Assembly: GCA_042570305.1 (NCBI GenBank) | Contig: JBHPGP010000002.1 | Location: 4,024 to 68,023 of the forward strand | Length of the DNA stretch: 64,000 nt | Origin: Candidatus Omnitrophota bacterium | Lineage (GTDB): Bacteria > Omnitrophota > Gorgyraeia > Gygaellales > JAHJCI01 | Direction of reading: 5' to 3' | Program-made: the position numbers and the translations under genes | Part shown: positions 45,603 to 55,044 of the stretch, piece after piece | Layout: the number at the start of each line of letters is the position of its first letter | Numbering within the stretch: the stretch's first letter is position 1 | Notes under the pieces: model-generated | Told to the model about the DNA's origin: nothing | What the model saw: only the letters and a program-made list of their open reading frames with translations | Database searches by the model: none

Positions 45603-46555
45603 TGAACAACGCCCTAAAGAATATTTTTGGTATTTTCGTTGTCCTGGCCATTTTAGCGATTCTTGCATTTATGAGCGGCCTTGTCTTTACCATCGATGAA
45701 ACTAAGCAGGTGGTGATTACCCAGTTTGGCAGGCCTGTTGGAAAACCGATTACTGAGACAGGGCTGCACTTTAAAACACCCTTAATCCAGGTGGCAAATT
45801 ATTTCGAGAAGCGCATTCTGCAGTGGGACGGCGACCCCAATCAAATTCCTACCAGGGACAAAAAGTATATCTGGGTGGATGCTTACGCTCGTTGGAAGAT
45901 TTCCGACGCATTGGTATTTTTGCAGTCAGTCGGCACTGAGTTTAATGCCCATGCCAGGCTCGATGACATTATCAATTCCGCGACCCGCGATGTAATTACC
46001 GCGCATTTGCTGGTTGAGACAATCAGGGATACCAACCGGATACTGGAAATAGAAGAAACAGATATCGATGTTTCGCTTGCCGAAGAAGCGCTGGAGCGTA
46101 TTGAGGTAGGGCGTAATACATTAGAAAGTTTGATATTGGAGAAGGCAAGTAAGCTCGCTCCCCAATACGGAATCGAGCTGGTTGACGTGCGCATCAAGCG
46201 TATCAATTATGTCAGGGATGTCAGGGATAAAGTCTATGACCGGATGATTGCCGAAAGAAAGCGCGCTGCTGAGAGATACCGCTCGGAAGGCCAGGGAAAG
46301 TCAGCGGAAATTTCCGGGCAGTTAGCCAAGGAATTGAAACTGATTACCTCCGATGCTTACCGTAAGGCGCAGGTAATTATGGGAGAGGCAGACGCCGAGG
46401 CGGTCACCATTTACGGACAGGCTTACAAGCAGGACCCTGATTTTTATTCATTTGTCAAGACGCTGGAAACATATCAAGGCACAATTGACGAGAATTCCAC
46501 GATAATCCTGACCACTGACGCAGACTATTATAAGTATCTTAAGGGCATCAAATAG
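45602..46555 (+). CDS. hflC: FtsH modulator HflC
   Basis: TQFG, GLHFKTP, TRDKK, DVRIKRI, RMIAER, DPDFYSF. Confidence 0.93.
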   Translation: MNNALKNIFGIFVVLAILAILAFMSGLVFTIDETKQVVITQFGRPVGKPITETGLHFKTPLIQVANYFEKRILQWDGDPNQIPTRDKKYIWVDAYARWKISDALVFLQSVGTEFNAHARLDDIINSATRDVITAHLLVETIRDTNRILEIEETDIDVSLAEEALERIEVGRNTLESLILEKASKLAPQYGIELVDVRIKRINYVRDVRDKVYDRMIAERKRAAERYRSEGQGKSAEISGQLAKELKLITSDAYRKAQVIMGEADAEAVTIYGQAYKQDPDFYSFVKTLETYQGTIDENSTIILTTDADYYKYLKGIK

Positions 46556-46585
46556 CCTGCCCTGTGAGATAAGGTAGCGAGGCAG

Positions 46586-47149
46586 ATGGCAAAGGGATAC
46601 CGGTTTTTAATTGTTTTTTTGGCGACGGCCGCCATATTCAGCACTGCAAAGTATATCCAGTTAGCCTGGGAGAAGCGGCAGCTGCTAAGCAATGTAGAGC
46701 AGATATGGAACAAGATATCATTCCTGGAACAGGAAAGAGACGGCTTAAATCAGGAATTGAAAGAAAAGGGTCTGCTTGAGGTTTATTTAGCCACGGCAGA
46801 GGATCAAGTTACTCAGATTAATAGCAAGCTGATTGAAGCGAAAAATACGATTATTGAGCTTCAGCTTGGTATGGCCGAATTAAAAGGGGAAAAGGAAAAA
46901 ATCAGTCAGGAAGCGGCCATGCTGCGCAGCGAAAAGGCGTGGCTGGAAAGAAGATTTCATTCGGTCAGGGAATTAAAGAAAGCAATCAAGGAAATAAAAA
47001 GAGAGATGCATTTTGTAAAAAGCGATGTGCGTAGCAGGATAGAGTCACTCGCTACGCTTGGAGGAAACCGCGGCTATCTGGTCAAAGACGGGAAATCCAC
47101 TTATAAAAAGAAGGTTAATATAAGGGTATTGCCGGTTACTCAAGAGTAG
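46586..47149 (+). CDS. Membrane-anchored coiled-coil hypothetical protein
   Basis: N-terminal TM, long heptad region, C-terminal GNRGYLVKDG. Confidence 0.6.
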   Translation: MAKGYRFLIVFLATAAIFSTAKYIQLAWEKRQLLSNVEQIWNKISFLEQERDGLNQELKEKGLLEVYLATAEDQVTQINSKLIEAKNTIIELQLGMAELKGEKEKISQEAAMLRSEKAWLERRFHSVRELKKAIKEIKREMHFVKSDVRSRIESLATLGGNRGYLVKDGKSTYKKKVNIRVLPVTQE

Positions 47150-47211
47150 CCGCCAGTCCGCAAGTCACTCTCCCTGAAACCTAAGCTCACAACTTAAAAA
47201 ACGGAGGATAA

Positions 47212-49314
47212 ATGCCAGGTTTTGATCTTTTACTGCTTGTCCCTTTGGGTGCTGTTTTGGCGCTTTGTTTTGCTGGCCTGTTGGTCTTAAGCATATTAAG
47301 GTTTGATGAAGGCACAGAGAAGATGAAGGAGATTGCCCTGGCAGTAAAGGTTGGGGCAAGGGCCTATCTTAAGAGGCAGAACAGCATTGTCGCAATATTC
47401 TTCGGCATTGTATTCCTGGTTCTCTTGTTTATGGCTTTGCGCGGCTACCTTGTAATGTTCGTGCCTTTTGCTTTTCTGTCGGGTGGCTTTTTTTCCGGGC
47501 TTGCCGGCTTTGTCGGCATGACCGTGGCTACCAATTCTTCCAGTCGCACGGCCAATGCGGCAAGAAACAGCCTGAATTCCGGACTGCGCGTGGCTTTTTC
47601 CAGTGGAGCGGTGATGGGTCTGGTAGTAGTAGGCTGCGGCCTGCTGCATTTATCTATCTGGTACTATCTGCTTGACTGGTATTATTCAACGCATGCCTTG
47701 CCAATGGGAATGGAGAAGCTGATGGTGATTACGAATACATTACTTTGTTCTGGAATGGGGGCAAGTTTTGTTGCCTTGTTTGCCAGGGTTGGCGGAGGGA
47801 TTTTTACCAAAGCAGCTGATGTGGGAGCTGATTTGGTTGGAAAGATTGAGGCAGGGATTCCCGAAGATGATCCGCGTAATCCCGCGGTAATCGCGGATAA
47901 CGTCGGAGATAATGTCGGAGACGTGGCAGGCATGGGCGCTGACCTTTACGAATCATACATCGGCTCGATTGTGGCTACGGCTGCCTTAGGGGTGGCTAGC
48001 GGCTTTGGGGTGAAGGGCGTGTGGCTGCCGATGCTGATTGCAGCTTCAGGAGTGCTGGCAGCGATTATCGGCAGTTTTTTTGTGCGTAGTAAAGAAGATG
48101 CCAAACAGAGTGTTTTGCTGGCTGCTTTACGCAGGGGCATATTCATAAGCTCAGGACTGGTTGCTTTGCTTTCATATTTTTGTGTCCGTTTCCTGTTTGG
48201 CGATGGGGGTATGGGGATTTATTTTTCTGTGCTTTTGGGTTTAGGCTCAGGTTTGCTCATCGGGCTGTCTACCGAATATTTTACCTCAAGCAGTTTTCGG
48301 CCTACGCGCCTGATTGCCGATGCATCTCAGACCGGACCCGCCACAGTGATTATCGCAGGAATAGCCACAGGGATGTTCTCTACTTTTTTCCCTGTATTTG
48401 TCGTGGGCCTGGTTGTCCTGGCGAGTTATTTCTTAAGCGGCGGTGCGAGTAATTTTGACAGCGGGCTTTACGGAGTGGGAATTGCCGCAGTAGGAATGCT
48501 TTCTACTTTGGGAATTACCCTGGCTACTGACGCTTACGGCCCGGTAGCGGATAATGCAGGGGGTAACGCGGAAATGGCAGGGTTGGGACCGGAAATACGC
48601 AGGAGAACCGATGCCTTGGATACCCTTGGCAATACCACCGCTGCTACCGGCAAGGGTTTTGCTATTGGCTCGGCAGCCTTGACTGCCTTGGCATTAATCG
48701 CTGCTTACCGGCAGCAGATTGCAAGTCTGGGAGCTGAACTTAATCTCAGCCTGCTTAATCCCAATGTACTGGTAGGTTTGTTTTTTGGTGCAATGCTGCC
48801 TTTTCTTTTCAGCTCTATGACCCTGCAGGCAGTAGGCAGGGCAGCCGGCTCAATCATTAAGGAAGTAAGAAGGCAATTTGCGGAAATCACCGGCATTATG
48901 GAAGGCAAGGCAAAGCCGGATTATGCCCGTTGCGTGAGCATAGTCACCGGCGCCGCACAAAAAGAGATGATTCTGCCTTCTTTAACCGCAATCATTGCCC
49001 CGATTCTGGTTGGCTTGTTAATCGGGGTAGAGGCAGTGGTTGGGTTGCTGGCCGGAGCAACGGTTTCCGGATTTGTGTTGGCAGTAATGATGGCCAATTC
49101 AGGCGGCTCCTGGGACAATGCCAAGAAATTCATCGAAGAAGGCAATCTAGGAGGCAAGGGCTCGCCTGCGCATAAAGCATCAGTGGTCGGAGATACCGTA
49201 GGAGACCCTTTTAAGGATACATCAGGCCCCAGCCTGAATATTCTGATTAAGCTGATGTCCATGGTTTCCATAGTCTTTGCCGCCTTTATCCTCACCTACA
49301 CCCTCTTCAAATAA
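47212..49314 (+). CDS. hppA: Membrane ion-pumping pyrophosphatase (K+-dependent signature, probably Na+)
   Basis: [48 protein letters not shown] (Ala form), [14 protein letters not shown]. Confidence 0.95.
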   Translation: MPGFDLLLLVPLGAVLALCFAGLLVLSILRFDEGTEKMKEIALAVKVGARAYLKRQNSIVAIFFGIVFLVLLFMALRGYLVMFVPFAFLSGGFFSGLAGFVGMTVATNSSSRTANAARNSLNSGLRVAFSSGAVMGLVVVGCGLLHLSIWYYLLDWYYSTHALPMGMEKLMVITNTLLCSGMGASFVALFARVGGGIFTKAADVGADLVGKIEAGIPEDDPRNPAVIADNVGDNVGDVAGMGADLYESYIGSIVATAALGVASGFGVKGVWLPMLIAASGVLAAIIGSFFVRSKEDAKQSVLLAALRRGIFISSGLVALLSYFCVRFLFGDGGMGIYFSVLLGLGSGLLIGLSTEYFTSSSFRPTRLIADASQTGPATVIIAGIATGMFSTFFPVFVVGLVVLASYFLSGGASNFDSGLYGVGIAAVGMLSTLGITLATDAYGPVADNAGGNAEMAGLGPEIRRRTDALDTLGNTTAATGKGFAIGSAALTALALIAAYRQQIASLGAELNLSLLNPNVLVGLFFGAMLPFLFSSMTLQAVGRAAGSIIKEVRRQFAEITGIMEGKAKPDYARCVSIVTGAAQKEMILPSLTAIIAPILVGLLIGVEAVVGLLAGATVSGFVLAVMMANSGGSWDNAKKFIEEGNLGGKGSPAHKASVVGDTVGDPFKDTSGPSLNILIKLMSMVSIVFAAFILTYTLFK

Positions 49315-49316
49315 AT

Positions 49317-49386
49317 ACCCCTTCTTAAGGGACACCCTTTTTGCTGTTCGAGGGACACCCTTTTAGCTAATCGGCAGGGTGTCCCT
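49317..49386. repeat. REP cluster (GGGACACCC/GGGTGTCCC), left end of module
   Basis: Three units; 49317-49344 is the inverted copy of 53701-53728; 49351-49368 is the inverted copy of 49965-49982. Confidence 0.85.
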
Positions 49387-49394
49387 TGTAGGGT

Positions 49395-49883
49395 TTAATA
49401 TATAACTTCAGGTTGGCTTAAAATACTAAAAGCATTATCTGAAAACATTCTCTCTTGCCAGCTACTCCATGAATAACCTCCAGGGGAAGAGGCCAAACTT
49501 GCCCTGACTGGATTTAATTCTATATATTTCAGGCAATCTATAAGATATTTGTCTTTCTGGATTACCATACTTTTGAATCTACCTTGCCATAAACGCCCCA
49601 CCTTATTATATTTATTGTTGAACCAGGAAGTATAAGTTTGAGTTAAGCCCTGCATTATTTTAGCAAGGTCATTAGTTTTTTTAATATCAATAATTAAATG
49701 GATATGATTAGGCATTAGGCAGTAAGCGTACAATTTAAATTTGTATCTGTTTTTGTAATGTTTACATATTTCCAAGTATTTTTCAAAATCTGCGCCTTCT
49801 ATAAAGATTTTTTGTTTTTGGTTACCACGATTGATAATATGGTAACAGGCATTTTCTAAAAGCATTCTTTTGGTTCTCGGCAT
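49395..49883 (-). mobile_element. REP-associated tyrosine transposase (RAYT, Y1/HUH)
   Basis: MPR..., YHIINRGN, YCLMPNHIHL (HUH), GRLWQGRFKS, YIELNPVRA, YSWSS; AGGAGGT RBS; AT-rich; flanked by REPs. Confidence 0.9.
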
Positions 49884-49904
49884 ATTTATCACCTCCTGCT
49901 TAAA

Positions 49905-49930
49905 TAGACGAAGAAGAGCAGAATTTCTCA
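49905..49930 (-). promoter_or_regulatory. Putative ECF promoter TGAGA-N14-TCGTCTA upstream of RAYT
   Basis: Same motif and spacing at 50663 and 55901. Confidence 0.65.
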
Positions 49931-49946
49931 CAAAATTTTTGCAATT

Positions 49947-50006
49947 GGGGACACCCTTGTATTCAGCTAAAAGGGTGTCCCTGCTTTGGGTGAAAGGGTG
50001 TCCCTA
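49947..50006. repeat. REP cluster between RAYT and ECF sigma
   Basis: GGGGACACCCTT...AAGGGTGTCCCT...AAGGGTGTCCCT. Confidence 0.85.
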
Positions 50007-50062
50007 AAATTTTGGAAAAAAGGTTGGATTCCCTGCATTATTTCATGGTATAATTATTCGCT

Positions 50063-50674
50063 ATGAGTGAACGAGCATTTATCCAAAGGTGCCTTAAGCA
50101 TGAGAAGGCGGCCTGGGATGAATTCGTGGATAAGTATTCCCGCCTGATTTACAATTATATCTACAGCGTGTTTAAGATTAAGGGCTTGCGTTTTTCTGCC
50201 GATACGGTAAACGATCTTTTCCAAGAGATCTTCCTTAATTTGACCAAAGATAATTTCAAGAAATTACGTCAGTACAAAGGCAAAAACAACGCCAGTCTTG
50301 CCAGCTGGCTAAGGATCATTACCATAAATTTTTGCCTGGATTATGTAAAGAAAGAAGGAAAGCCAAACCTGTCTCTGGAAGAGAAGCTAAATGAGGAGGG
50401 TTTTTCTTTAAAGGATATCCTGGCTGACAATAACATGCAAGCCAGGGAATTGCTCAACAACCAGGAAAAGATACAGCTTCTTTCCGAGTGCATCGAAAGG
50501 CTAAGTAATGACGACAAATATTTTCTAGAAATGCATATTTATCAGGGGGTGAACCTAAGGGATTTACGGGTTAATCTGGGTATTTCCCGCAGTGCGGTGG
50601 ATATGCGCAAACTGCGACTGATTGAGAAGCTCAGGGATTGTTTCAGGGATAAGGGATTTCAGTTAGAATCTTAA
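50063..50674 (+). CDS. ECF RNA polymerase sigma factor
   Basis: Region 2 (AWDEFVDKYSRLIY..DLFQEIFL..SWLRII..N..LDY) and region 4 (CIERLS..LGISRSAVDMRK.R). Confidence 0.9.
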   Translation: MSERAFIQRCLKHEKAAWDEFVDKYSRLIYNYIYSVFKIKGLRFSADTVNDLFQEIFLNLTKDNFKKLRQYKGKNNASLASWLRIITINFCLDYVKKEGKPNLSLEEKLNEEGFSLKDILADNNMQARELLNNQEKIQLLSECIERLSNDDKYFLEMHIYQGVNLRDLRVNLGISRSAVDMRKLRLIEKLRDCFRDKGFQLES

Positions 50675-50688
50675 GGTTCGCTCGTCTA
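50663..50688 (+). promoter_or_regulatory. Putative ECF promoter TTAGA-N14-TCGTCTA for anti-sigma/CHAT
   Basis: Overlaps the sigma stop codon; ends 16 nt before the anti-sigma ATG. Confidence 0.6.
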
Positions 50689-50704
50689 TTGTTATTGGGG
50701 AGTT

Positions 50705-51400
50705 ATGAGAAAAATTAAAGAGGTAATCAGGATGGTTTACGGATTCTATCGCAAAAGGCAAGACCGCGGGGACTCTCCCTGCCCGGACGAAGAAATGCTG
50801 GCTTGTTTTTCTGAGGGCAAGCTCTCAAAGAGCGAATCAAAAGAGATACAAGGACACCTTCTTTCCTGCAGCCGTTGCGCAGAAGTCGTTTCTTTATTGT
50901 ATCATCGACTTGGAGAGGAAAAGACCGTACCCGAATTTCTTATTCAGAATGCAAAGGGGCTGTTGGCCGGCAGTTCTCCTCCTAATATCCTTAAGGTTAT
51001 TTTGGCCTTGAAAGAAAAGGCGATACAGATTCTGAAAACTAGCGGGGATATTATTCTTGATAACGAGATAATGCCTTTGCCGGTTCTGCGCAGCCGAAAG
51101 ATAAGCGATTTTACCGAGGATGTAAAGCTGATTAAGAAATCAGGAGATTTAGAAATCAGCATGCTTATCCAAAAACAAGATAAGGATAGAGTAAGGCTCA
51201 ATTTGAACCTGCTGGATAAAGCGAGCCTTTTGCCTGCAGAAGGGTTGCGCCTCACGCTATTTAGAAACGGGGAGGAAACCGAATCCTATGAGGCTGTATT
51301 CGGTAAGGCAATGTTTGATAATCTCGGTATCGGCAGATATGTCATTGAAATATCGCGCCAACAAGATAAATTAGGGACGGTTGATTTGGAGATTAGATAA
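50705..51400 (+). CDS. Soluble zinc-binding (ZAS/zf-HC2) anti-sigma factor with C-terminal beta-sandwich
   Basis: CPDEEMLA.F.EG.L....HLLSCSRC (HxxxCxxC); no TM; directly after sigma. Confidence 0.8.
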   Translation: MRKIKEVIRMVYGFYRKRQDRGDSPCPDEEMLACFSEGKLSKSESKEIQGHLLSCSRCAEVVSLLYHRLGEEKTVPEFLIQNAKGLLAGSSPPNILKVILALKEKAIQILKTSGDIILDNEIMPLPVLRSRKISDFTEDVKLIKKSGDLEISMLIQKQDKDRVRLNLNLLDKASLLPAEGLRLTLFRNGEETESYEAVFGKAMFDNLGIGRYVIEISRQQDKLGTVDLEIR

Positions 51401-51402
51401 AC

Positions 51403-53601
51403 ATGCAAGCGCAGAATACCTGGATTCTGGAAATTACCTGCCAGAATAAGCAGCTGAGTATGAGCCTGTACGAAAAAGAGCAGGTTTCCACACTTAAAAC
51501 GATAAGTACCCTCTCTGTGGATTTTGCGAGGATAGGGCGTATAAATAATGAGATAATCGCAATTATAAATAAGGCCAATCAGAGAAGGCTGCCTGATGAT
51601 AATTCCATAGTCGAACTTCAAAAGAATACAAGGCTTCTTTATGAGCTTTTGCTTACGCGTCAGGTTAAGAACAGATTGTCTTCTCTGGGTTCAATAAATT
51701 TACTGCTTTCTCTTGATGAAAGGTTGATTACTCTTCCCTGGGAGCTGCTTTTTGACGGAAAAGATTTCCTCTGTCTCAAGTTTGATCTTGGGCGCAGCAT
51801 CCGTACACAGGCTTTCCCGCTTCAGCCGCAACGGCCTATTATTACAGGCAAGCCGAAGATGCTGATTCTGGTTAATCCTACTGGAGACTTGAGGTCTGCT
51901 TACCGTGAGGGTTTATATATTAAGGAACATTTGAGCAGAAATGATAATATCAGTGTAGATTTTAAATCTCAGGAAATCGATAGCGCTTATTTGTGCAAGA
52001 ACTTACATATTTACGATATCGTTCATTTTGCAGGGCATTGTGAATATGACACCCGTAATCCCGAAGAATCCGGCTGGGTATTGAGTGACGGAATTATCTG
52101 CGCCCGGGATTTTCTTGCTTTGGGTGAAAGCACAGGTTTGCCCAGCATAGTTTTTGTTAACGCCTGCGAATCAGCGCGCACAGCCAGTAATCTTATAAAT
52201 ACAGACATGCAGAACAATATCTACGGATTAGGACAGGCATTTTTATTTGTCGGCGCAAGGCATTATATAGGCAGTTACTGGAATATTGAAGACGGTGCAA
52301 GCCAAGAATTTGCCGAAGAGTTCTATAATCAAATTGCGTCTGGTTGTTCAGTTGGTCAGGCAATAAGGTTAGCACGGCTAAGGCTGTTTAAGCGTAAAGG
52401 CATCTCAACGATTGCCTGGGCAGGGTACGTGCTTTATGGAGACCCCGCGTTTGTTATGTTGTCTAGCGTTTCCAAATCAGCGTTGGCGAAGATGCGATTT
52501 GAGCCACGCATTCCAAAGATTACTAAAAGAAGGGCGGCTATACTTGGTTTGGTTTTGGCGGCCATTGCCTTTAGCTTTGCCCTGGTTAAGATTTTACCAG
52601 CATTTAATCCGCAAGCATCTTTCTTATACTCTCAGGCAGAAGAGCTCTATGCACAGGGGAAGAACTCTAAGGTAATTAGCTTGCTTAGCAGGATTATCTC
52701 TGGAGATTCTCAATACTTGCCTGCATGGAAGTTGCGAGGAGATATGTATTTCCGGTTAGGCAGGTTTTCTGACGCTTTGGCTGATTATTTTGATTATGCC
52801 CGTATTAGCGAGAAAAGCGGCCAGTATAAACATTTAGCTTCTGCTTACATCAAGATCGGCTGGATCTATCATATGTGCGGAGATTACCAAAAGAGCCAAG
52901 AATTTTATCAAAAAGCCTTCAATCTCAGCCGCAAGCATGAGGATAAACTCAATGAGGCTGATGCTATGGCGCGCCTGGCTGTCTGGCATATCGATAAGGG
53001 CGATAATGAAGCCGCCTTTTCTTTATTGATGAAGAGTTCCGAAATCAACCGGCAGAGAAGTAGCGATATCGAACACAGGTTTAATTTAGCCTGCGACTAT
53101 TTCAATATCGGTTTTCTTTATACAGAGAGAGACGATTATGCCGCTGCCAAGGAATTCTACAGGAAGAGTGAAGATATTTTTCAAGGTCTGGGCGAAATTC
53201 CCGAATTAAGCGACTACTACTTTAACATGGGAGAGATAGCGTTATTTGAAAAAAGATATGACTCAGCGTTGGAATTTTATCAAAAGGGTTTGGCTTTGGA
53301 CGAACAACTCGGACACAAATTTAATCTGAGTTCAGACTATTGGATGCTGGGTGAATTCTACTGGGAAACAGGCAAATTGAATCGCGCAGAGAGTTACTTT
53401 AAACAAGGCATCCTCGCCTGCCAGGAGATTAATAATTATCCGGTCTTAGCCGGGATTTACTATGACTTAGGTCTAATGTATAAAGAGATTGGTCAGAGTC
53501 AAAAGGCAAAGAATTTTCTCTCGCTTGCCCTTAAGCTCTACAAGAATATAGACACGCCGGATTACCAGGAAGTCCAGAAGGAATACCTTGCCTTGGAATA
53601 A
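51403..53601 (+). CDS. CHAT (caspase-like) protease - TM - TPR protein
   Basis: LPWELL, NPTGDL, VHFAGH (His), VFVNACES (Cys), GAR.YIGSYW, WAGYVLYGDP; KRR followed by a hydrophobic helix; multiple TPRs. Confidence 0.9.
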   Translation: MQAQNTWILEITCQNKQLSMSLYEKEQVSTLKTISTLSVDFARIGRINNEIIAIINKANQRRLPDDNSIVELQKNTRLLYELLLTRQVKNRLSSLGSINLLLSLDERLITLPWELLFDGKDFLCLKFDLGRSIRTQAFPLQPQRPIITGKPKMLILVNPTGDLRSAYREGLYIKEHLSRNDNISVDFKSQEIDSAYLCKNLHIYDIVHFAGHCEYDTRNPEESGWVLSDGIICARDFLALGESTGLPSIVFVNACESARTASNLINTDMQNNIYGLGQAFLFVGARHYIGSYWNIEDGASQEFAEEFYNQIASGCSVGQAIRLARLRLFKRKGISTIAWAGYVLYGDPAFVMLSSVSKSALAKMRFEPRIPKITKRRAAILGLVLAAIAFSFALVKILPAFNPQASFLYSQAEELYAQGKNSKVISLLSRIISGDSQYLPAWKLRGDMYFRLGRFSDALADYFDYARISEKSGQYKHLASAYIKIGWIYHMCGDYQKSQEFYQKAFNLSRKHEDKLNEADAMARLAVWHIDKGDNEAAFSLLMKSSEINRQRSSDIEHRFNLACDYFNIGFLYTERDDYAAAKEFYRKSEDIFQGLGEIPELSDYYFNMGEIALFEKRYDSALEFYQKGLALDEQLGHKFNLSSDYWMLGEFYWETGKLNRAESYFKQGILACQEINNYPVLAGIYYDLGLMYKEIGQSQKAKNFLSLALKLYKNIDTPDYQEVQKEYLALE

Positions 53602-53658
53602 AAGGCTTACCTCCAGCATTACTAACTTTAAATTACCTATAGGCTTGCGGTTTCCGTT

Positions 53659-53728
53659 GGGGACACCTTACCGATTGGCTCTGTACCAGGCTTCCGATTG
53701 GCAAAAAGGATGTCCCTTAAGAAGGGGT
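53659..53728. repeat. REP cluster, right end of module
   Basis: GGGGACACCTTACCGATTGGCT ... GCAAAAAGGATGTCCCTTAAGAAGGGGT; inverted homolog of 49317-49386. Confidence 0.8.
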
Positions 53729-53755
53729 TGACAGGGATTTTTTATTGCGTAGAAT
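53728..53755 (+). promoter_or_regulatory. sigma70 promoter for the secreted paralog pair
   Basis: TTGACA-N16-TAGAAT. Confidence 0.6.
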
Positions 53756-53818
53756 AATGGTAATAATAAGGTTGAGCAGTCAGTTTAAATAAAGGATTTT
53801 TTAAACGGAGGTGCACAG

Positions 53819-54379
53819 ATGCGTAATGTTCTTATTTTTACAGGGCTGTTTTTAGTCCTGGCAGCAGGTATCTGTCTTGCCCAGGAGGAAGTTACCATCA
53901 CTACCTATTATCCCTCGCCTCACGGCGTGTATGATGAGCTGGAATCAAACAAGGCAGCGGTAGGTGATACCAATGGAGACGGGCAGTTAACTTCTGCTGA
54001 CCTGCCTCCTGAGGACGGACAGCTGCATACTGCAAGGAGCGTTATCTTTGAGCCGCAAACTAGCTTGGCTACAATACAGGCCATGCTTAACCCACAGCAA
54101 GGCGAGTTGGCTTATGCCGCCTCAGAAGACGAGTGGTACTACTACAACGGTGCCGGCTGGACAACACAAGCAGGGGGAGGCAAGGCAGTGATTTCTGTAA
54201 AATGCGGATGGTATACCGTGGGTGGTGCGCATAGTTGTGTTCCTCCCACTTGTCCAGCTGGTTGGACTCCATTGGCACCAGGAGCTACTAGTTGTGCAGA
54301 TATGGGCTCGGCTTATAATTCAAGTGCTAACCAACTGTGGTATGTTGGTTATTGCGAGCGCTGGTGTCAGGAACCGTAA
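53819..54379 (+). CDS. Secreted 'ITTYYPSP' family protein with Cys-rich variable C-terminus (copy 1)
   Basis: Signal peptide (CLA-QE), conserved core shared with copy 2; GGAGG RBS. Confidence 0.8.
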   Translation: MRNVLIFTGLFLVLAAGICLAQEEVTITTYYPSPHGVYDELESNKAAVGDTNGDGQLTSADLPPEDGQLHTARSVIFEPQTSLATIQAMLNPQQGELAYAASEDEWYYYNGAGWTTQAGGGKAVISVKCGWYTVGGAHSCVPPTCPAGWTPLAPGATSCADMGSAYNSSANQLWYVGYCERWCQEP

Positions 54380-54409
54380 ATTTTTTAGTTGACTAACGGA
54401 GGTGCACAG

Positions 54410-54988
54410 ATGCGTAAGGTTTTTGTTTTTACTGGCCTGTTTCTATTACTGGGAGTAAGTATTGCTTTTGCCCAGGAGGAAGTCACTATTACCACCTATT
54501 ACCCTTCACCCCATGGAGTATATGATGAACTGGAGTCCAACAAGGCAGCGGTAGGTGATACCAATGGCGATGGGCAGCTGACTCAAGCTGATCTGCCTCC
54601 TGAGGATGGACAAATGCACACAGCAAGGAGCGTTATCTTTGAGCCACACGCAGATAAGGCAACTATAGATGCTCTACTTAATCCACAATCAGGCGAGTTA
54701 GCATATGCTGCTGCAGAAGACCAATGGTACTACTATAATGGCGCTCTCTGGACAACACAGGCAGGAGGGGGGAGTTCTTACTATTATACCTATTGTCAGT
54801 GGTTTTGGGCATGTACGGTTGCTGGTGGTTGTGGTGGTAATTTAACGTGTACGCCTCCAAATTGTGATGCTGCAGATACCCCTATTAGCACGGGGTGCGT
54901 ATTTAATGGAGGGTACATTGGTAGTTACGGGGGTACAGAGCGTATGGGCTATGGCGGTCATTGCGTAAGAACCTGCCGCGGAAGTTGA
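54410..54988 (+). CDS. Secreted 'ITTYYPSP' family protein with Cys-rich variable C-terminus (copy 2)
   Basis: Identical RBS/start block AACGGAGGTGCACAGATGCGTAA; near-identical core to WTTQAGGG, then divergent. Confidence 0.8.
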   Translation: MRKVFVFTGLFLLLGVSIAFAQEEVTITTYYPSPHGVYDELESNKAAVGDTNGDGQLTQADLPPEDGQMHTARSVIFEPHADKATIDALLNPQSGELAYAAAEDQWYYYNGALWTTQAGGGSSYYYTYCQWFWACTVAGGCGGNLTCTPPNCDAADTPISTGCVFNGGYIGSYGGTERMGYGGHCVRTCRGS

Positions 54989-55044
54989 TTATTATAAAAA
55001 AAGATTTCCAGACTTTTTCATTAATATTGGATATTGGTTCTCAT

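Noticed and set aside
49317-50006. CRISPR array interpretation of the GGGACACCC repeats
   Set aside because: Units are short, in both orientations and irregularly spaced; no cas genes; they fit REPs
53819-54988. DGR or shufflon explanation for the variable tips
   Set aside because: No reverse transcriptase, no TR/VR pair differing only at adenines, no invertase and no inverted silent cassettes in the window
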